A stretch of DNA of 64,000 bases from an uncultured virus (IMG/VR IMGVR_UViG_3300035682_000007) (IMGVR_UViG_3300035682_000007); one strand, 5' to 3'. Positions 41,573 through 52,469 are shown, numbered from the stretch's first letter. Numbers and translations: made by a program. The notes: generated by a model not told the origin, from the letters alone.

Positions 41573-44482
41573 TTGATAAATTTAAATGAAATTAAAGGTC
41601 GTTCAGCAATATCTCTTATAGAAGTCTATGAGGGTATGAATCCGTATCTTAGAAAGTTAAAACAAGACTATCTTAAAAATAAAAAATTAGCACTTACTGA
41701 TAACCAAACAGCATATATTATAAATAACCATGACAAAGAACCTATTTTTATTAATAGAGTTATTAGAATTTCTAATTATTTAGGTGAAGAATTAAAAAAA
41801 CAAAATGAATTAATATTTACACCTGAAAAAATACTAGTTGAATTTATATTGGCTGAAACTGATAAATCATTCCACGTATATGGTAAATTATCAACAAAAC
41901 AAAATCCATCAAAAATGTATTTTTTACCTAAAACACAAATATTTGATGACCCATATTTTGAACCAATAACTGTAGATGTTGATTTTACCCCATATAATGA
42001 TATTTTAGCCAAACAAGGTAAAAAATTATACCAACATCAAGAAGAAGGTGTTAAATTCTTATTATCTAGAAATGGTTCAATATTAGCTGACGACATGGGA
42101 CTGGGAAAATCTATCCAATCAATTATTGCAGCATTGGAAAGTGGTGCTAAAAAAATACTTATTGTTTGCCCATCTTCAACCAAAATTAACTGGGAAAGGG
42201 AAATAAATGTTTTTTGTGATGATACAGCAATTGTTGATGGTAAAAAATGGAAAGAAGCAAAATTCACAATTATTAATTTTGATATTCTTAAAAATTTTCA
42301 TACACTTAAAGATAAAAATAAGGTAGATGCTAAATTAAATAGAGAATTAGTTGATGCTAATTTTGATTTAGCAATTATTGATGAAGCACATTATCTTAAA
42401 AATAATGATAGCATTCGTGGTAAAATAATGGTTGAATTATCAACCAAACATAATGTAAATAAAGTTTGGTTACTTACAGGTACACCAGTTGCTAATAGAC
42501 CAATGGATTTCTTTAATCTATTAAAGATTATTAAGTCCCCTATAGCAGAAAATTGGAAACATTATGCCGTAAGATACTGTGAGGCAAAACAGTTCTTTAG
42601 AACGCTTAAAAATGGTACTAAAAAGCAAATATGGTTAACAGATGGTGCTAGTAATCTTGAAGAATTAGCTGCTAAGACAAAAAACATTATTCTTAGACGA
42701 CTTAAGACTGAAGTATTAGATATGCCAGATAAAGTTGTTACGCCAATGTATCAAGAATTAGATAAAAAAGGTTGGGGTGAGTATAATGAACTTTGGGATG
42801 AATATGTGACTAAAAGAATACTAGAAGAGAAAAAAACAAATGAAGAGCAAAAGAGTTTAGTTGAACTTATTTTGTTAAGAAAATTTATTGCAGCACAAGC
42901 AATATCATATACTATTGAAATGGCTGAAAATGCAATAGAAATGGGTCGTAAAGTTATTATTTTTACTAGTTTTACTGAAGAATTAGAAATATTACAAGCT
43001 CATTTTGGAAAAATAGCTGTTAAACATAATGGACCTATGACTACATTACAAAAACAAAAATCAGTAGATGCCTTTCAACAAAATGCTAAAATTAAAGTAT
43101 TTATAGGTAACATTAAATCAGCTGGTGTTGGTATTACTCTTACTGAAGGTACTGTAGTTATTTTTAATTCATTTGATTGGGTACCAGGTAGTAACGAGCA
43201 AGCTGAAGATAGATGTGTATTTGGTGGTCAATTAGTTATGACTAATGAAGGGTATAAATTAATCGAAAATATAAATATTGGAGATTTTGTTTACACCCAC
43301 AATGGTAATTTTAAAAAAGTTATTAATACACATACACATTTAGAACGTAAAAAAACAAGAGTAGATATTGACGCATTTGGATATAATAATAAATTAAGTT
43401 TAACTAATGACCATAAGGTTTATGTTTACGATAACAAAGATAATAGTTTTAAATGGATTGAATGTGGTGCTTTAGATATAAATACACATAGAATGACACT
43501 AAAATCAAATAATCAACCAATAAAAAGAAAAGAATATTTAGATGTTAATAACTATGTAAATACTTTGTTTCTTAACAATCATGGGGTTAAACAAAAAAAC
43601 GCTAGATTAAAAGGATTACCAGAAAGAGTTATATTAACCAATGATTTATTATATGCTTTTGGGTTCTTTATTGCTGAAGGTTGGGCGATTGATAAAAATG
43701 TTGGTAAATCAGCATCCGTTAATATATGTCAAAAAATAAATAATAAGAAAATGAACGATGCTTCAGTTTATATTATAAATATAATCAAAGAATCTTTTAA
43801 TATTGAATCACATAGTGAGTATGTTGATATGAATAATGTTAAAACGTGTACTATATATTCTAAAAATTTGGCTATTAATTTTAATAATTGGTTTGGTAAA
43901 GGTGTTAAAAATAAACAATTACCAGATTGGGTTGATGAATTAAACGATGAACAATTAGAAAATTTATTAGAAGGGTTTTACCATGGAGATGGTTATAAAA
44001 GAAAAAATACACAAGAAGCTGTTTCAGTATCAACTAAATTAGGTTCTCAACTAATTAGATACAACGCAAACCTAGGTAGAGGTATATTATTAAAAATAGT
44101 TGATGGTAAATATTACGATATAGAATACACAATTGATATAAACAATAAATTAAATAGAGTCTATAAAATAGGTGATTATATAACCTATCCAATAAAAAGT
44201 TTACATATAAGTAAACCTAAAAGAGGTGAAGAAAGAGTTTACGATTTATCAGTTGAAGACGACCATTCTTTTATTGTTGGTAACTATAATGTACATAATT
44301 GTTTTAGAATTGGTCAAAAAAATGATGTCAATGTTTATTATCAATTATTTGATAATACTATTTCTACTAGAATGTGGGAAATGCTTAATAATAAAAAAGA
44401 TATTATTTCGACTATTATGGGTGAAAAAATACTTACTGAAGATGAAATAACAACCTTATTGGTTGAACAAATAAATAAATAA
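41573..44482 (+). CDS. SNF2-family helicase/ATPase with intein
   Basis: LADDMGLGKS, IIDEAH, LTGTP..NRP, AGVGITLT, QAEDR/CFRIGQ. Confidence 0.9.
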   Translation: MINLNEIKGRSAISLIEVYEGMNPYLRKLKQDYLKNKKLALTDNQTAYIINNHDKEPIFINRVIRISNYLGEELKKQNELIFTPEKILVEFILAETDKSFHVYGKLSTKQNPSKMYFLPKTQIFDDPYFEPITVDVDFTPYNDILAKQGKKLYQHQEEGVKFLLSRNGSILADDMGLGKSIQSIIAALESGAKKILIVCPSSTKINWEREINVFCDDTAIVDGKKWKEAKFTIINFDILKNFHTLKDKNKVDAKLNRELVDANFDLAIIDEAHYLKNNDSIRGKIMVELSTKHNVNKVWLLTGTPVANRPMDFFNLLKIIKSPIAENWKHYAVRYCEAKQFFRTLKNGTKKQIWLTDGASNLEELAAKTKNIILRRLKTEVLDMPDKVVTPMYQELDKKGWGEYNELWDEYVTKRILEEKKTNEEQKSLVELILLRKFIAAQAISYTIEMAENAIEMGRKVIIFTSFTEELEILQAHFGKIAVKHNGPMTTLQKQKSVDAFQQNAKIKVFIGNIKSAGVGITLTEGTVVIFNSFDWVPGSNEQAEDRCVFGGQLVMTNEGYKLIENINIGDFVYTHNGNFKKVINTHTHLERKKTRVDIDAFGYNNKLSLTNDHKVYVYDNKDNSFKWIECGALDINTHRMTLKSNNQPIKRKEYLDVNNYVNTLFLNNHGVKQKNARLKGLPERVILTNDLLYAFGFFIAEGWAIDKNVGKSASVNICQKINNKKMNDASVYIINIIKESFNIESHSEYVDMNNVKTCTIYSKNLAINFNNWFGKGVKNKQLPDWVDELNDEQLENLLEGFYHGDGYKRKNTQEAVSVSTKLGSQLIRYNANLGRGILLKIVDGKYYDIEYTIDINNKLNRVYKIGDYITYPIKSLHISKPKRGEERVYDLSVEDDHSFIVGNYNVHNCFRIGQKNDVNVYYQLFDNTISTRMWEMLNNKKDIISTIMGEKILTEDEITTLLVEQINK
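43214..44299 (+). mobile_element. Intein with LAGLIDADG endonuclease (362 aa) in helicase motif VI
   Basis: Starts CVFGGQLV and ends VYDLSVEDDHSF...VHN followed by C; LAGLIDADG-like AFGFFIAEG and LEGFYHGDG. Confidence 0.9.
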
Positions 44483-44487
44483 ATAAA

Positions 44488-44742
44488 ATGGTAAAAATTT
44501 ATAGCATACCTCAATGTCCTTATTGTACAGAACTTAAAGAAAAATTAACAGAAAATAATATAGAATTTGTAGATGTTAATGTATATTTGGAAGAAAATAG
44601 AGGAGAATACGATATGATTGTTGAAAAAACTAATTCTGATGAAGTTCCTATTGTTAGAGTTGGAAAACAATTATTAGTTCCAAACGTATCTTTTAATTCA
44701 ATTAATGAAGCATTTGATTTAACTAAGAAATTTTTAGTTTAA
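44488..44742 (+). CDS. Glutaredoxin
   Basis: CPYC active site and VP motif. Confidence 0.9.
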   Translation: MVKIYSIPQCPYCTELKEKLTENNIEFVDVNVYLEENRGEYDMIVEKTNSDEVPIVRVGKQLLVPNVSFNSINEAFDLTKKFLV

Positions 44743-44778
44743 TTTGTTTTTTCTTTATATTTATAATAAAAGAAAATA

Positions 44779-45921
44779 ATGGCCGTTAGTTCCGAAGAAA
44801 AAGATAAGTTATTTCGTCAATTCAGACATTCAGTTGGTGCACCTATTCGTCAAATAGAAGTTACTGATGAAATGTTATGTACATTACTTGAAATTTGTAT
44901 TGAAGATTACGCTCAATATGTTCAAGAATGGTTAATAGAACACCAATGGCAGTCTATATTAGGTAAAAGTATTGATACAACAGATATGGCTTTTGCCTTG
45001 AGCGTTAGAAGTTTTGATTTCATGACTCAATATACTTATGCGTATTCAAAACAAACAGGTAACCAAACCAACGGTCCATGGGAACTTAAAAAAGATTACG
45101 TTGATATTGAAGCTGGTAGACAAGTTTATACTATTCCAGCTAATCGTGAAGTTAATGAAGTTTTATGGATAACTCCACCAGCAACTAGTCAAGCATTATT
45201 AGCCAACTACGGTGGGATTGATTATGGTTTTGGTGGTGGTTTTGCACAAACAGGTGGTGGTACTGGAACAGGTGGTCCTGGTTTTTCTCGTATGGGTTAT
45301 TATATAGCACCAGCGTTTGATATCCTTTTAACTGCTGCCGATATGAATTTAAAAAATCGTATTGTAAGAAGTGAATTAGTTTATAAAATTACTGCTGGTC
45401 CTGGTGGAACTAAATTATTACATTTATTATCAGTTCCTGGTTCTAAATTATCATTTGGTCAAGGTATTGGTGGTGTAGGAAGTTCAATTAATATGACTGG
45501 TTGTCAAGTATGGTATTTTTATTATGATACAACACCTGAAAATTTAGATGATTGTAAAAATGATAATCCAGATATTATAAAAACACCTAATCAAGTTCCA
45601 TTATCTAAATTAGATTATGCTGATTTCAATGAGCCAACTAAAACACTAGTTAGACAATTATTTATTGCTGAAGCAAAAAAAGCGTTGGGTAGAACAAGAG
45701 GTAAATTTGGTGGTATTGTTGGACCACCTGAAGCTGAAAGAACAATGGATTATGAAACACTTATATCTGAAGGAAATGAAGAGAAAAAAGCAGTTTTAGA
45801 AAGACTTGATGCTAGATTAGATAGATTATCATCAACTAAACAATTAGAAAGAGGTGCAAATGAAGCTGAATTTTTAAATAGGTCATTAAAATTTAGACCG
45901 TTAGGTTTTTGGGCATATTAA
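44779..45921 (+). CDS. Neck protein (T4 gp13-like head-tail adaptor)
   Basis: RHSVGAPIRQIEVTDE...; AEAKKALGRTRGKF...L..EG.EEK; own late motif at 44757. Confidence 0.7.
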   Translation: MAVSSEEKDKLFRQFRHSVGAPIRQIEVTDEMLCTLLEICIEDYAQYVQEWLIEHQWQSILGKSIDTTDMAFALSVRSFDFMTQYTYAYSKQTGNQTNGPWELKKDYVDIEAGRQVYTIPANREVNEVLWITPPATSQALLANYGGIDYGFGGGFAQTGGGTGTGGPGFSRMGYYIAPAFDILLTAADMNLKNRIVRSELVYKITAGPGGTKLLHLLSVPGSKLSFGQGIGGVGSSINMTGCQVWYFYYDTTPENLDDCKNDNPDIIKTPNQVPLSKLDYADFNEPTKTLVRQLFIAEAKKALGRTRGKFGGIVGPPEAERTMDYETLISEGNEEKKAVLERLDARLDRLSSTKQLERGANEAEFLNRSLKFRPLGFWAY

Positions 45922-45952
45922 TAACAATAACAATAAAAAAAAACAAAAAAAA

Positions 45953-46255
45953 ATGGGATTAAAAATCACAACATCGTTACACACTGATAAAGGTGAAACA
46001 TCAGAAATGTATTTAAACGTTGAAACTTTAAATATAAACAAAAAAAATATGAATCATGTTATGGTTAATAAGTATATTAACAAAGCAGCTAGAGACACTA
46101 ATGAAAATGATAAATGTAATTGTTTTGAAGTTAGTAGTTCGTATATGTTAGATGTTAATTTAAATGATTTAGAAACAACTTATATTTATAATTTGGTTTA
46201 TGGTAAAATTAAATTAGAATTAGAAGGTAAAGGATTTACAGTTGAAACACTTTAA
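45953..46255 (+). CDS. Hypothetical protein (100 aa)
   Basis: ORF with an A-rich start context. Confidence 0.6.
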   Translation: MGLKITTSLHTDKGETSEMYLNVETLNINKKNMNHVMVNKYINKAARDTNENDKCNCFEVSSSYMLDVNLNDLETTYIYNLVYGKIKLELEGKGFTVETL

Positions 46256-46261
46256 ATTAAT

Positions 46262-46293
46262 AAAAAAGGAGCTAATTAATTAGCTCCTTTTTT
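46262..46293. terminator. Bidirectional terminator
   Basis: Perfect palindrome AAAAAAGGAGCTAATTAATTAGCTCCTTTTTT between convergent genes. Confidence 0.9.
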
Positions 46294-46296
46294 TAT

Positions 46297-49200
46297 TTAA
46301 AAACCCCATTCATCTTCAGGTTCATCTTTAACTTCTTCAATTATAGATTCAGTTTCATTAGTATAATCATCTACAATATAACCTTCTGGCATATCGCCAA
46401 ATGTATCATCGTATTCATCATCCAATTGAATTATTTCATCACTTCTAGTAATATTACCCTCATCATCTTCTTCAAATTCTAATTCGTCATCTTCACTATC
46501 TTCTGAAATCACTTTTTTCTTTTTAGGTTCATCATTTACTACAATTATTTTTTCAGCTGCTTCTTTTAATTTATCAATAACTATATCAGTATTTTCCAAT
46601 AACTCAATTTCCTCATAAGTATTTATTATTGTTTCCCCACTCATAAAATTTAATTCGGTCAAATACTCCAAATATAACTCATATCGATTATCAATATTGT
46701 TTATGTTGGTTAATTGGTAATACTTATCCCTTTCTATGGCCTCAACTTTATATTTGAAAATATCGTCATAACTACATAATCTTTCACTCCATTTTCTAGA
46801 AACTAAATAAACCCCATCATCATCAGCATCAATATCAGCAATTATAAAAACATCTTTTGGTAATATAGCTTTATTTACAACATCTTTTAAATCTTGAAGT
46901 TCCAAGTGTTTAAATATGTCATCTAATGTATCTTTTTCATATTTAATCCCTTCTATCTTAGCAACACGCATACGTTCAACATAATCAACTTGAAGACTAT
47001 CCCATTCTTCTTGTTTCATGTTATTAGGTAACTTATTAACTTTCATCCAAAATTTAATTTCCTTATCTTCCATACGCATGAGGTCCTCATAAGAATCTTG
47101 GTCACCAGCTTTATTTGAAATCCCTGAAACCAATTCACATTCAGCTATGGTAAATACCGTTCTATCTTTAAGTTTTTCAGTGATTTTTTTAGTTGTTTTA
47201 TCTTTTACCTTAACAATATCTAATATTATATTATTACGAACATCTAAATTAAAACAAACCAATAATGGTCTAATCTTTTTATTGAAAGCATCTAAATACT
47301 TAGCAACATTATATTCCTCGGTATATAACTCAGAATTAATTTGGTCAATTCTTTCACCATATTCAGCAAAAATATTCATATCCATTTCATCTTCGCTTTC
47401 CATTGCTGTTATAGTTTTTTTAAGCATTTCTAATTCCTTAATCATTTCAAAATCATGTTCGATAACTTTAGGGTCAATTAATTTACAATTTAATTGAACT
47501 TCTTTGGTTACATTAGGTGGTGTTGATTCCTGACCGTTGTTAATATACCATTTTTCAAGTTGTTTCTTGGTCATTTTGTTATGATAAATGGTTTTTAAAT
47601 CACCATGAGATTTAGAAGTACCAGTGTTAATATAAAACAAGGTATCACCTAACGTTAAATCTAACCCAGCTTTTATTGCTAATTCCATATGTGCTTGTTT
47701 TGGCATTGGATTACCAGCTTTATTTTTCATTGTAGCTTTCTTTTTATAATCGGCTATGTTTGATTTAATTTTAGCTTTAGAAGCAATCTTAACCAATGGT
47801 ATTTGATAATTATAAATTTTATCTACATACTCATAATAATAATTGATAAATGAATGACCATCACCATCTAATAACATACGAATACCTTTACCTAAAAATT
47901 CTTCGATATAAACCGACATTTTTTTAGATTTAACAGAGTTACCTACTAATTTAATCTTACCACCAATATCATTGGCATAATTCTTTCTAGCAAAATTAAT
48001 AGTAGAACTACATACATCATCCAAATCCAACCCCATACGACCTTCCATATAAGTTTCATTAAATTCAGCCAAAGCTGCATCAATACCAATTAATTCTTTA
48101 CCAGCATCATCTATTGTTTTCCAATGGCTACCTTTGGCTGTGTATTTAATCTCATTGATATTAGCAGGTGCTGCAAAGTTAAAACCATCAGTATTATGTG
48201 CAATGATACCATTGATACCACAGATAAAAGTTCCATCTTCGGTTGACACATCATAAACAAAATTATTTTTATCCTTATTACTTATAACTTCATTTTTCCA
48301 AACCTCATTTGTTTTCTTTTTTGTCTTTTCAGTAAACGATGAGTTACCTCTATTCTTGTTTTTTAAATTAAATGAAATGAAATTTTTTTTATCTTTTCTT
48401 GTTTTTATTTTGAACTCAATACCAAGCTCTTTAAGTAATAACCCAATACCACTCATAGCAATTTGAGATTTCATACCAATATCAGAACACTCTAATATTG
48501 TATCACCATAACCATCAGAAGCAAAAACACCTTCAATAAACGCTTTTTTCGTTTTTATATCAGCATTTAAAATAGTTTTTGGAACTTTCTTTTCTCTATA
48601 AGATGTATAAAAAATATCAGAAAAAGCAGATGAAAATACTGAATTATGAACAACTAGATTATAAACACCACTTGATTTTAAATGGTTTTTAATCAATCCA
48701 TCGAGACCAAAATTATTCTTTAGAATTGTTTTTAGTTTATCTAAATGTAGTGTATTGGTGTTCGATATCTTCCAATCACTTCTTTTACTAAGATACATCT
48801 TAACTTCACCAGTTTTTTTAGATGTATAATTAACTTTTCTTTTTGAGTTCATAGACGAACCATCACCTAAGAAAAAACCATATAAAAATGCTTCGTCTTC
48901 TGTTAAAGCTATTTGTTTATTGGTATTAAAAGGTATCTCATATGTGTCAATTAAATCACCTTGAATTAAAGTTGATGGTTTAACTTCAACACCGTTTTGA
49001 AATAAGGAATGGTCTTCAGTAACATTAATCAATCTATCTTTGGTAGTTATTCTATGGATTTTCTTATTAGTTCCATGTCTATAAACGTACTTTATATTTT
49101 TCCAACCACCCCTAGTTAATATTTCATAAGGTTTCTCTTCGTAATCTCTTAATTTTTCATTATCTAAATATATAGATTTTTCGTTAAATAAATCGCAAAT

Positions 49201-51114
49201 AGGTTGGATATCTATTGTATTGTTATTTTTATTTCTTATATATACTGGTGTATCATAAGTAACGGAATCACCTACAAGAGCACGGAATCCGTGAGTTTCT
49301 GTAAAGTGTTTTACCATTAGACGTAAATATTGGCGACCACGACATGTTGTTTCTTCCGCAGAGTCTGTATCACCCCAGTTAAAGATATAAGGTGCACCAT
49401 ATGAACCAAACCATGAGTTAGCAAGAATCTTAAGTGGTAATTGTTTTTTATCATATAAATTAGACAATGATTTATGGTCATGAACTAATTTTTTATATTC
49501 TTCTTTCTGTTCTGAAGTTAAATCTTTACCTTCTTTTAGTAATGCTTCATATTTCTTAGCTGTTTTCTTTTCAGTACCAGTTAAGAATTTAAATTTATCA
49601 CGTGTATCTACCACATAAGTAAGAATACCTTCCATTACTCCACTAATATCTAAATCAGGAAAAATCTTATGTGTAATCTGAGTTTTAGGGTATAATGCAG
49701 CATAATCTAATTTATATACATCTCTAGCATAACCTAATTCCAATAGACGAGAAAGACCACCAGTAAAATCTCTTTTAGTTTGTGTTTCTGGAATAGCTAA
49801 CCCATTCTCATAAGACCATGCGGCCATGATTAGTTTCCACTGGCCAGCAGTACCCATTGTTGATGAACGTTGAAATGACGTTGGTAACATTTTTGCGATA
49901 AGGAAACTGGCTTGGTTGAATATATTATCAATTTGTTCAGTTTCCCACAAGTCATCACATAAATAACGTTGTACTATATAATCACCTTTTTTAATGACAT
50001 ATCCTTCTTTTAAAGGAGTTTTATCTGTAATCATATACCAATCACCATTAGAATCATTAAATGCGTATTGATTAACCTTATCTTTCCAAGTTGTATTAAT
50101 CTTATCACCAGGAACGTAAACACGATTAGGTTTAGCAATATCTGAATATTGTGTAATGTACTTTAAACCCCAAGATTTAATCTCTGAGTTAATTGCCATG
50201 GCTCTACGAACAGCATGTGAAATATCCATAATATTATACCCATACATATTTGTTTGTAAGTAGTGTTCTGTTTCACCACCAAACTTAACTGTGGCTGGTT
50301 TACGCTTGATTTTAGACACTCTATTAAGAGTAATGGCAAGTTCTGTTATTGGAATAGATAAACGCTCTGCACGCTCAAATAAAAAAGGCCAGTCAAAGTT
50401 TTCAGAATTATATCCAGTAATAATATCTGGTTGAATAAAATCTATAATTTTAAAGAATTTAGCAATTGTTGCTCTTTCTTCATCTCTTTTTTCTTGATGA
50501 GTTTCACCTTTTACTTCTAATACGTGTTCCATACCTCTGTTATCTCTAACACCAATTTGAAATACACTATCTTTACTAGCAAAAAGGCCAGTAGTTTCCA
50601 AGTCAAATTGAAATCTATGCACATCATTATAATCGTCCATACCTTTAAACAATCTTTTACCGCTTTGGATAAGAAATTGTTCAGTAGGGCTAAACATTAC
50701 GAAATTTTTAGAAAAATCTTTATGAAATACATCAACACCACCTGCTTTAAAAAAGTTAATTAAATCATTGTATGATTTGTTACAGATTGCCATGTATTTA
50801 TAACCATTCTCAAGTCTTTCAGGTGAATAACCTTCAGAATTACTAGTTCTTAATTGACTTAGTTTAACACCATAAATACGACCAGCTTCTATTCTTTTTA
50901 CTTTATTACCACCATAAAGAATACTAGTGATATCGTGTTTAAACCATAAGAAAGGTTTAAAGGAATGTGGTTCTAATCTTTTACCAGTTACTGGGTCGTT
51001 GATTACTAGTGTTACGCTAGGTTCACTATATCCAGCTTCAATAGCTACAATATATTCTTGTGGGTCAGAACCTTGCAAGAAATTCTCAATTACTTCATTA
51101 CTTATTTTGCTCAT
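46297..51114 (-). CDS. polB: Family B DNA polymerase with intein
   Basis: Exonuclease motifs FDLETTG, GYNSENFDW, YLCDD; polymerase motifs LDYAALYP, KILANSWFG, GD/TDG; acidic tail. Confidence 0.93.
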   Translation of the reverse strand: MSKISNEVIENFLQGSDPQEYIVAIEAGYSEPSVTLVINDPVTGKRLEPHSFKPFLWFKHDITSILYGGNKVKRIEAGRIYGVKLSQLRTSNSEGYSPERLENGYKYMAICNKSYNDLINFFKAGGVDVFHKDFSKNFVMFSPTEQFLIQSGKRLFKGMDDYNDVHRFQFDLETTGLFASKDSVFQIGVRDNRGMEHVLEVKGETHQEKRDEERATIAKFFKIIDFIQPDIITGYNSENFDWPFLFERAERLSIPITELAITLNRVSKIKRKPATVKFGGETEHYLQTNMYGYNIMDISHAVRRAMAINSEIKSWGLKYITQYSDIAKPNRVYVPGDKINTTWKDKVNQYAFNDSNGDWYMITDKTPLKEGYVIKKGDYIVQRYLCDDLWETEQIDNIFNQASFLIAKMLPTSFQRSSTMGTAGQWKLIMAAWSYENGLAIPETQTKRDFTGGLSRLLELGYARDVYKLDYAALYPKTQITHKIFPDLDISGVMEGILTYVVDTRDKFKFLTGTEKKTAKKYEALLKEGKDLTSEQKEEYKKLVHDHKSLSNLYDKKQLPLKILANSWFGSYGAPYIFNWGDTDSAEETTCRGRQYLRLMVKHFTETHGFRALVGDSVTYDTPVYIRNKNNNTIDIQPICDLFNEKSIYLDNEKLRDYEEKPYEILTRGGWKNIKYVYRHGTNKKIHRITTKDRLINVTEDHSLFQNGVEVKPSTLIQGDLIDTYEIPFNTNKQIALTEDEAFLYGFFLGDGSSMNSKRKVNYTSKKTGEVKMYLSKRSDWKISNTNTLHLDKLKTILKNNFGLDGLIKNHLKSSGVYNLVVHNSVFSSAFSDIFYTSYREKKVPKTILNADIKTKKAFIEGVFASDGYGDTILECSDIGMKSQIAMSGIGLLLKELGIEFKIKTRKDKKNFISFNLKNKNRGNSSFTEKTKKKTNEVWKNEVISNKDKNNFVYDVSTEDGTFICGINGIIAHNTDGFNFAAPANINEIKYTAKGSHWKTIDDAGKELIGIDAALAEFNETYMEGRMGLDLDDVCSSTINFARKNYANDIGGKIKLVGNSVKSKKMSVYIEEFLGKGIRMLLDGDGHSFINYYYEYVDKIYNYQIPLVKIASKAKIKSNIADYKKKATMKNKAGNPMPKQAHMELAIKAGLDLTLGDTLFYINTGTSKSHGDLKTIYHNKMTKKQLEKWYINNGQESTPPNVTKEVQLNCKLIDPKVIEHDFEMIKELEMLKKTITAMESEDEMDMNIFAEYGERIDQINSELYTEEYNVAKYLDAFNKKIRPLLVCFNLDVRNNIILDIVKVKDKTTKKITEKLKDRTVFTIAECELVSGISNKAGDQDSYEDLMRMEDKEIKFWMKVNKLPNNMKQEEWDSLQVDYVERMRVAKIEGIKYEKDTLDDIFKHLELQDLKDVVNKAILPKDVFIIADIDADDDGVYLVSRKWSERLCSYDDIFKYKVEAIERDKYYQLTNINNIDNRYELYLEYLTELNFMSGETIINTYEEIELLENTDIVIDKLKEAAEKIIVVNDEPKKKKVISEDSEDDELEFEEDDEGNITRSDEIIQLDDEYDDTFGDMPEGYIVDDYTNETESIIEEVKDEPEDEWGF
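48193..49266 (-). mobile_element. Intein with LAGLIDADG endonuclease (358 aa) in polymerase motif C
   Basis: VGD|SVTYDTPV...VYDVSTEDGTF...AHN|TDG; LYGFFLGDG and IEGVFASDG. Confidence 0.92.
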
Positions 51115-51183
51115 ATTATAAATTTTTTACAAATATACAAAACAAAATTTAATTAAACAAATAATTTAGGGTAATTATTTTTT

Positions 51184-51231
51184 AACTTGGTGATGCACAA
51201 AGTTACCAAAATATTTTGACATCACCAAGTT
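51184..51231. promoter_or_regulatory. 12-bp inverted repeat bracketing a TAACTTTG promoter facing polB
   Basis: AACTTGGTGATG-N24-CATCACCAAGTT. Confidence 0.6.
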
Positions 51232-51334
51232 TTTGGAGTTATTTTTTTATTCCGCTATCTAAAACATTGTTTATTTTTAATAAATTTTTATTATTTTTGT
51301 AAAAATAATATTGTAAATAATTTAAAATAATAAA

Positions 51335-52084
51335 ATGAAAATATGTAATAAATGTAATTTATCTAAATCATTAAACGAATTTAATAAACGTAGTAAATCT
51401 AAAGATGGTCTTAGATTTGAATGTAAACAATGTCAAAAATTATATTATGAAACTAATCGTGAACATTACATAATCAAAATGAAAGAAAATAGAATAAATA
51501 ACCTTGATGATTATACAAAACGAGATAAAGAATATTATGAAAATAATCGAACAGAAATATTAAAAAATAAAAAAGAATATCATATTAATAATAGAGAAAT
51601 AATTAATGATAAAAAGTTAATTTATCGTAAAAACAATAAAAAAGAAATAAGTGAACGTAATAAAGAATGGAGAATTAATAATGTAGAATATATTAAAGAA
51701 TACAATAAAAATTATATAATTAAAAATAAAGAAAAAATAAAGGCTAAAAATAAAGATATAATTATGTGGAGAAGTGTTTTAAGGTGCTCATTAAATAGAC
51801 TTGGTAAATCAAAAGAAGGTCATACAATTGATTTACTTGGATATTCAGCGATTGAACTTAAAAATCATCTAATTAATCTATTTACTGACGGTATGAGTTG
51901 GGATAATTATGGTGAATGGCATATAGACCACATTAAAGACGTTGTTACATTTGATAACGATTCATCACCATCAATTGTAAACGAATTAAGTAATTTAAGA
52001 CCTATGTGGGCAACAACAAGAGAGATAAATGGTATTATTTATGAGGGTAATTTAAATAAACAAAAATCACATAAAAATAAATAA
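51335..52084 (+). CDS. HNH homing endonuclease
   Basis: N-terminal CxxC...CxxC, K/E/N-rich helical linker, GMSWDNYGEWHIDHI...NLRPMW...N. Confidence 0.85.
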   Translation: MKICNKCNLSKSLNEFNKRSKSKDGLRFECKQCQKLYYETNREHYIIKMKENRINNLDDYTKRDKEYYENNRTEILKNKKEYHINNREIINDKKLIYRKNNKKEISERNKEWRINNVEYIKEYNKNYIIKNKEKIKAKNKDIIMWRSVLRCSLNRLGKSKEGHTIDLLGYSAIELKNHLINLFTDGMSWDNYGEWHIDHIKDVVTFDNDSSPSIVNELSNLRPMWATTREINGIIYEGNLNKQKSHKNK

Positions 52085-52459
52085 TTATTTCATAATTCCT
52101 TGGTCTAAAATATTAACTATCAATGTTTCTCTGATAGGTACAATAAGGGTTCCACTACCATCATTAAAAGTAATTTCAAATTTGGCAAGATATCTACCAG
52201 CAACGCTAGTTTGTTTTTGAGTAAATTGATATGTTAAATAATATTCATCACCAACACAATCACTTGCAGGTAATACTTGTTGATATTGTGCTGTTGCTTT
52301 ACCTATTTTAATAACACCTGTTACAATATCGGTCATGGTAAATGTTAGAGTTGAATCTTCCACTTTGTCATAAAAGCGTTGAAAATCATTTCTACCATCT
52401 TTGATAAGCTCCAATTTTAATACTGGGAGTGTTGAATTTTTATTTATGTGAAATTCCAT
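52085..52459 (-). CDS. BppU-like Ig-fold virion protein
   Basis: INKNSTLPVL...YQFT..QTSVAGRYLAKFEITF..G..LIVP. Confidence 0.55.
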   Translation of the reverse strand: MEFHINKNSTLPVLKLELIKDGRNDFQRFYDKVEDSTLTFTMTDIVTGVIKIGKATAQYQQVLPASDCVGDEYYLTYQFTQKQTSVAGRYLAKFEITFNDGSGTLIVPIRETLIVNILDQGIMK

Positions 52460-52469
52460 ATATTTTTTA

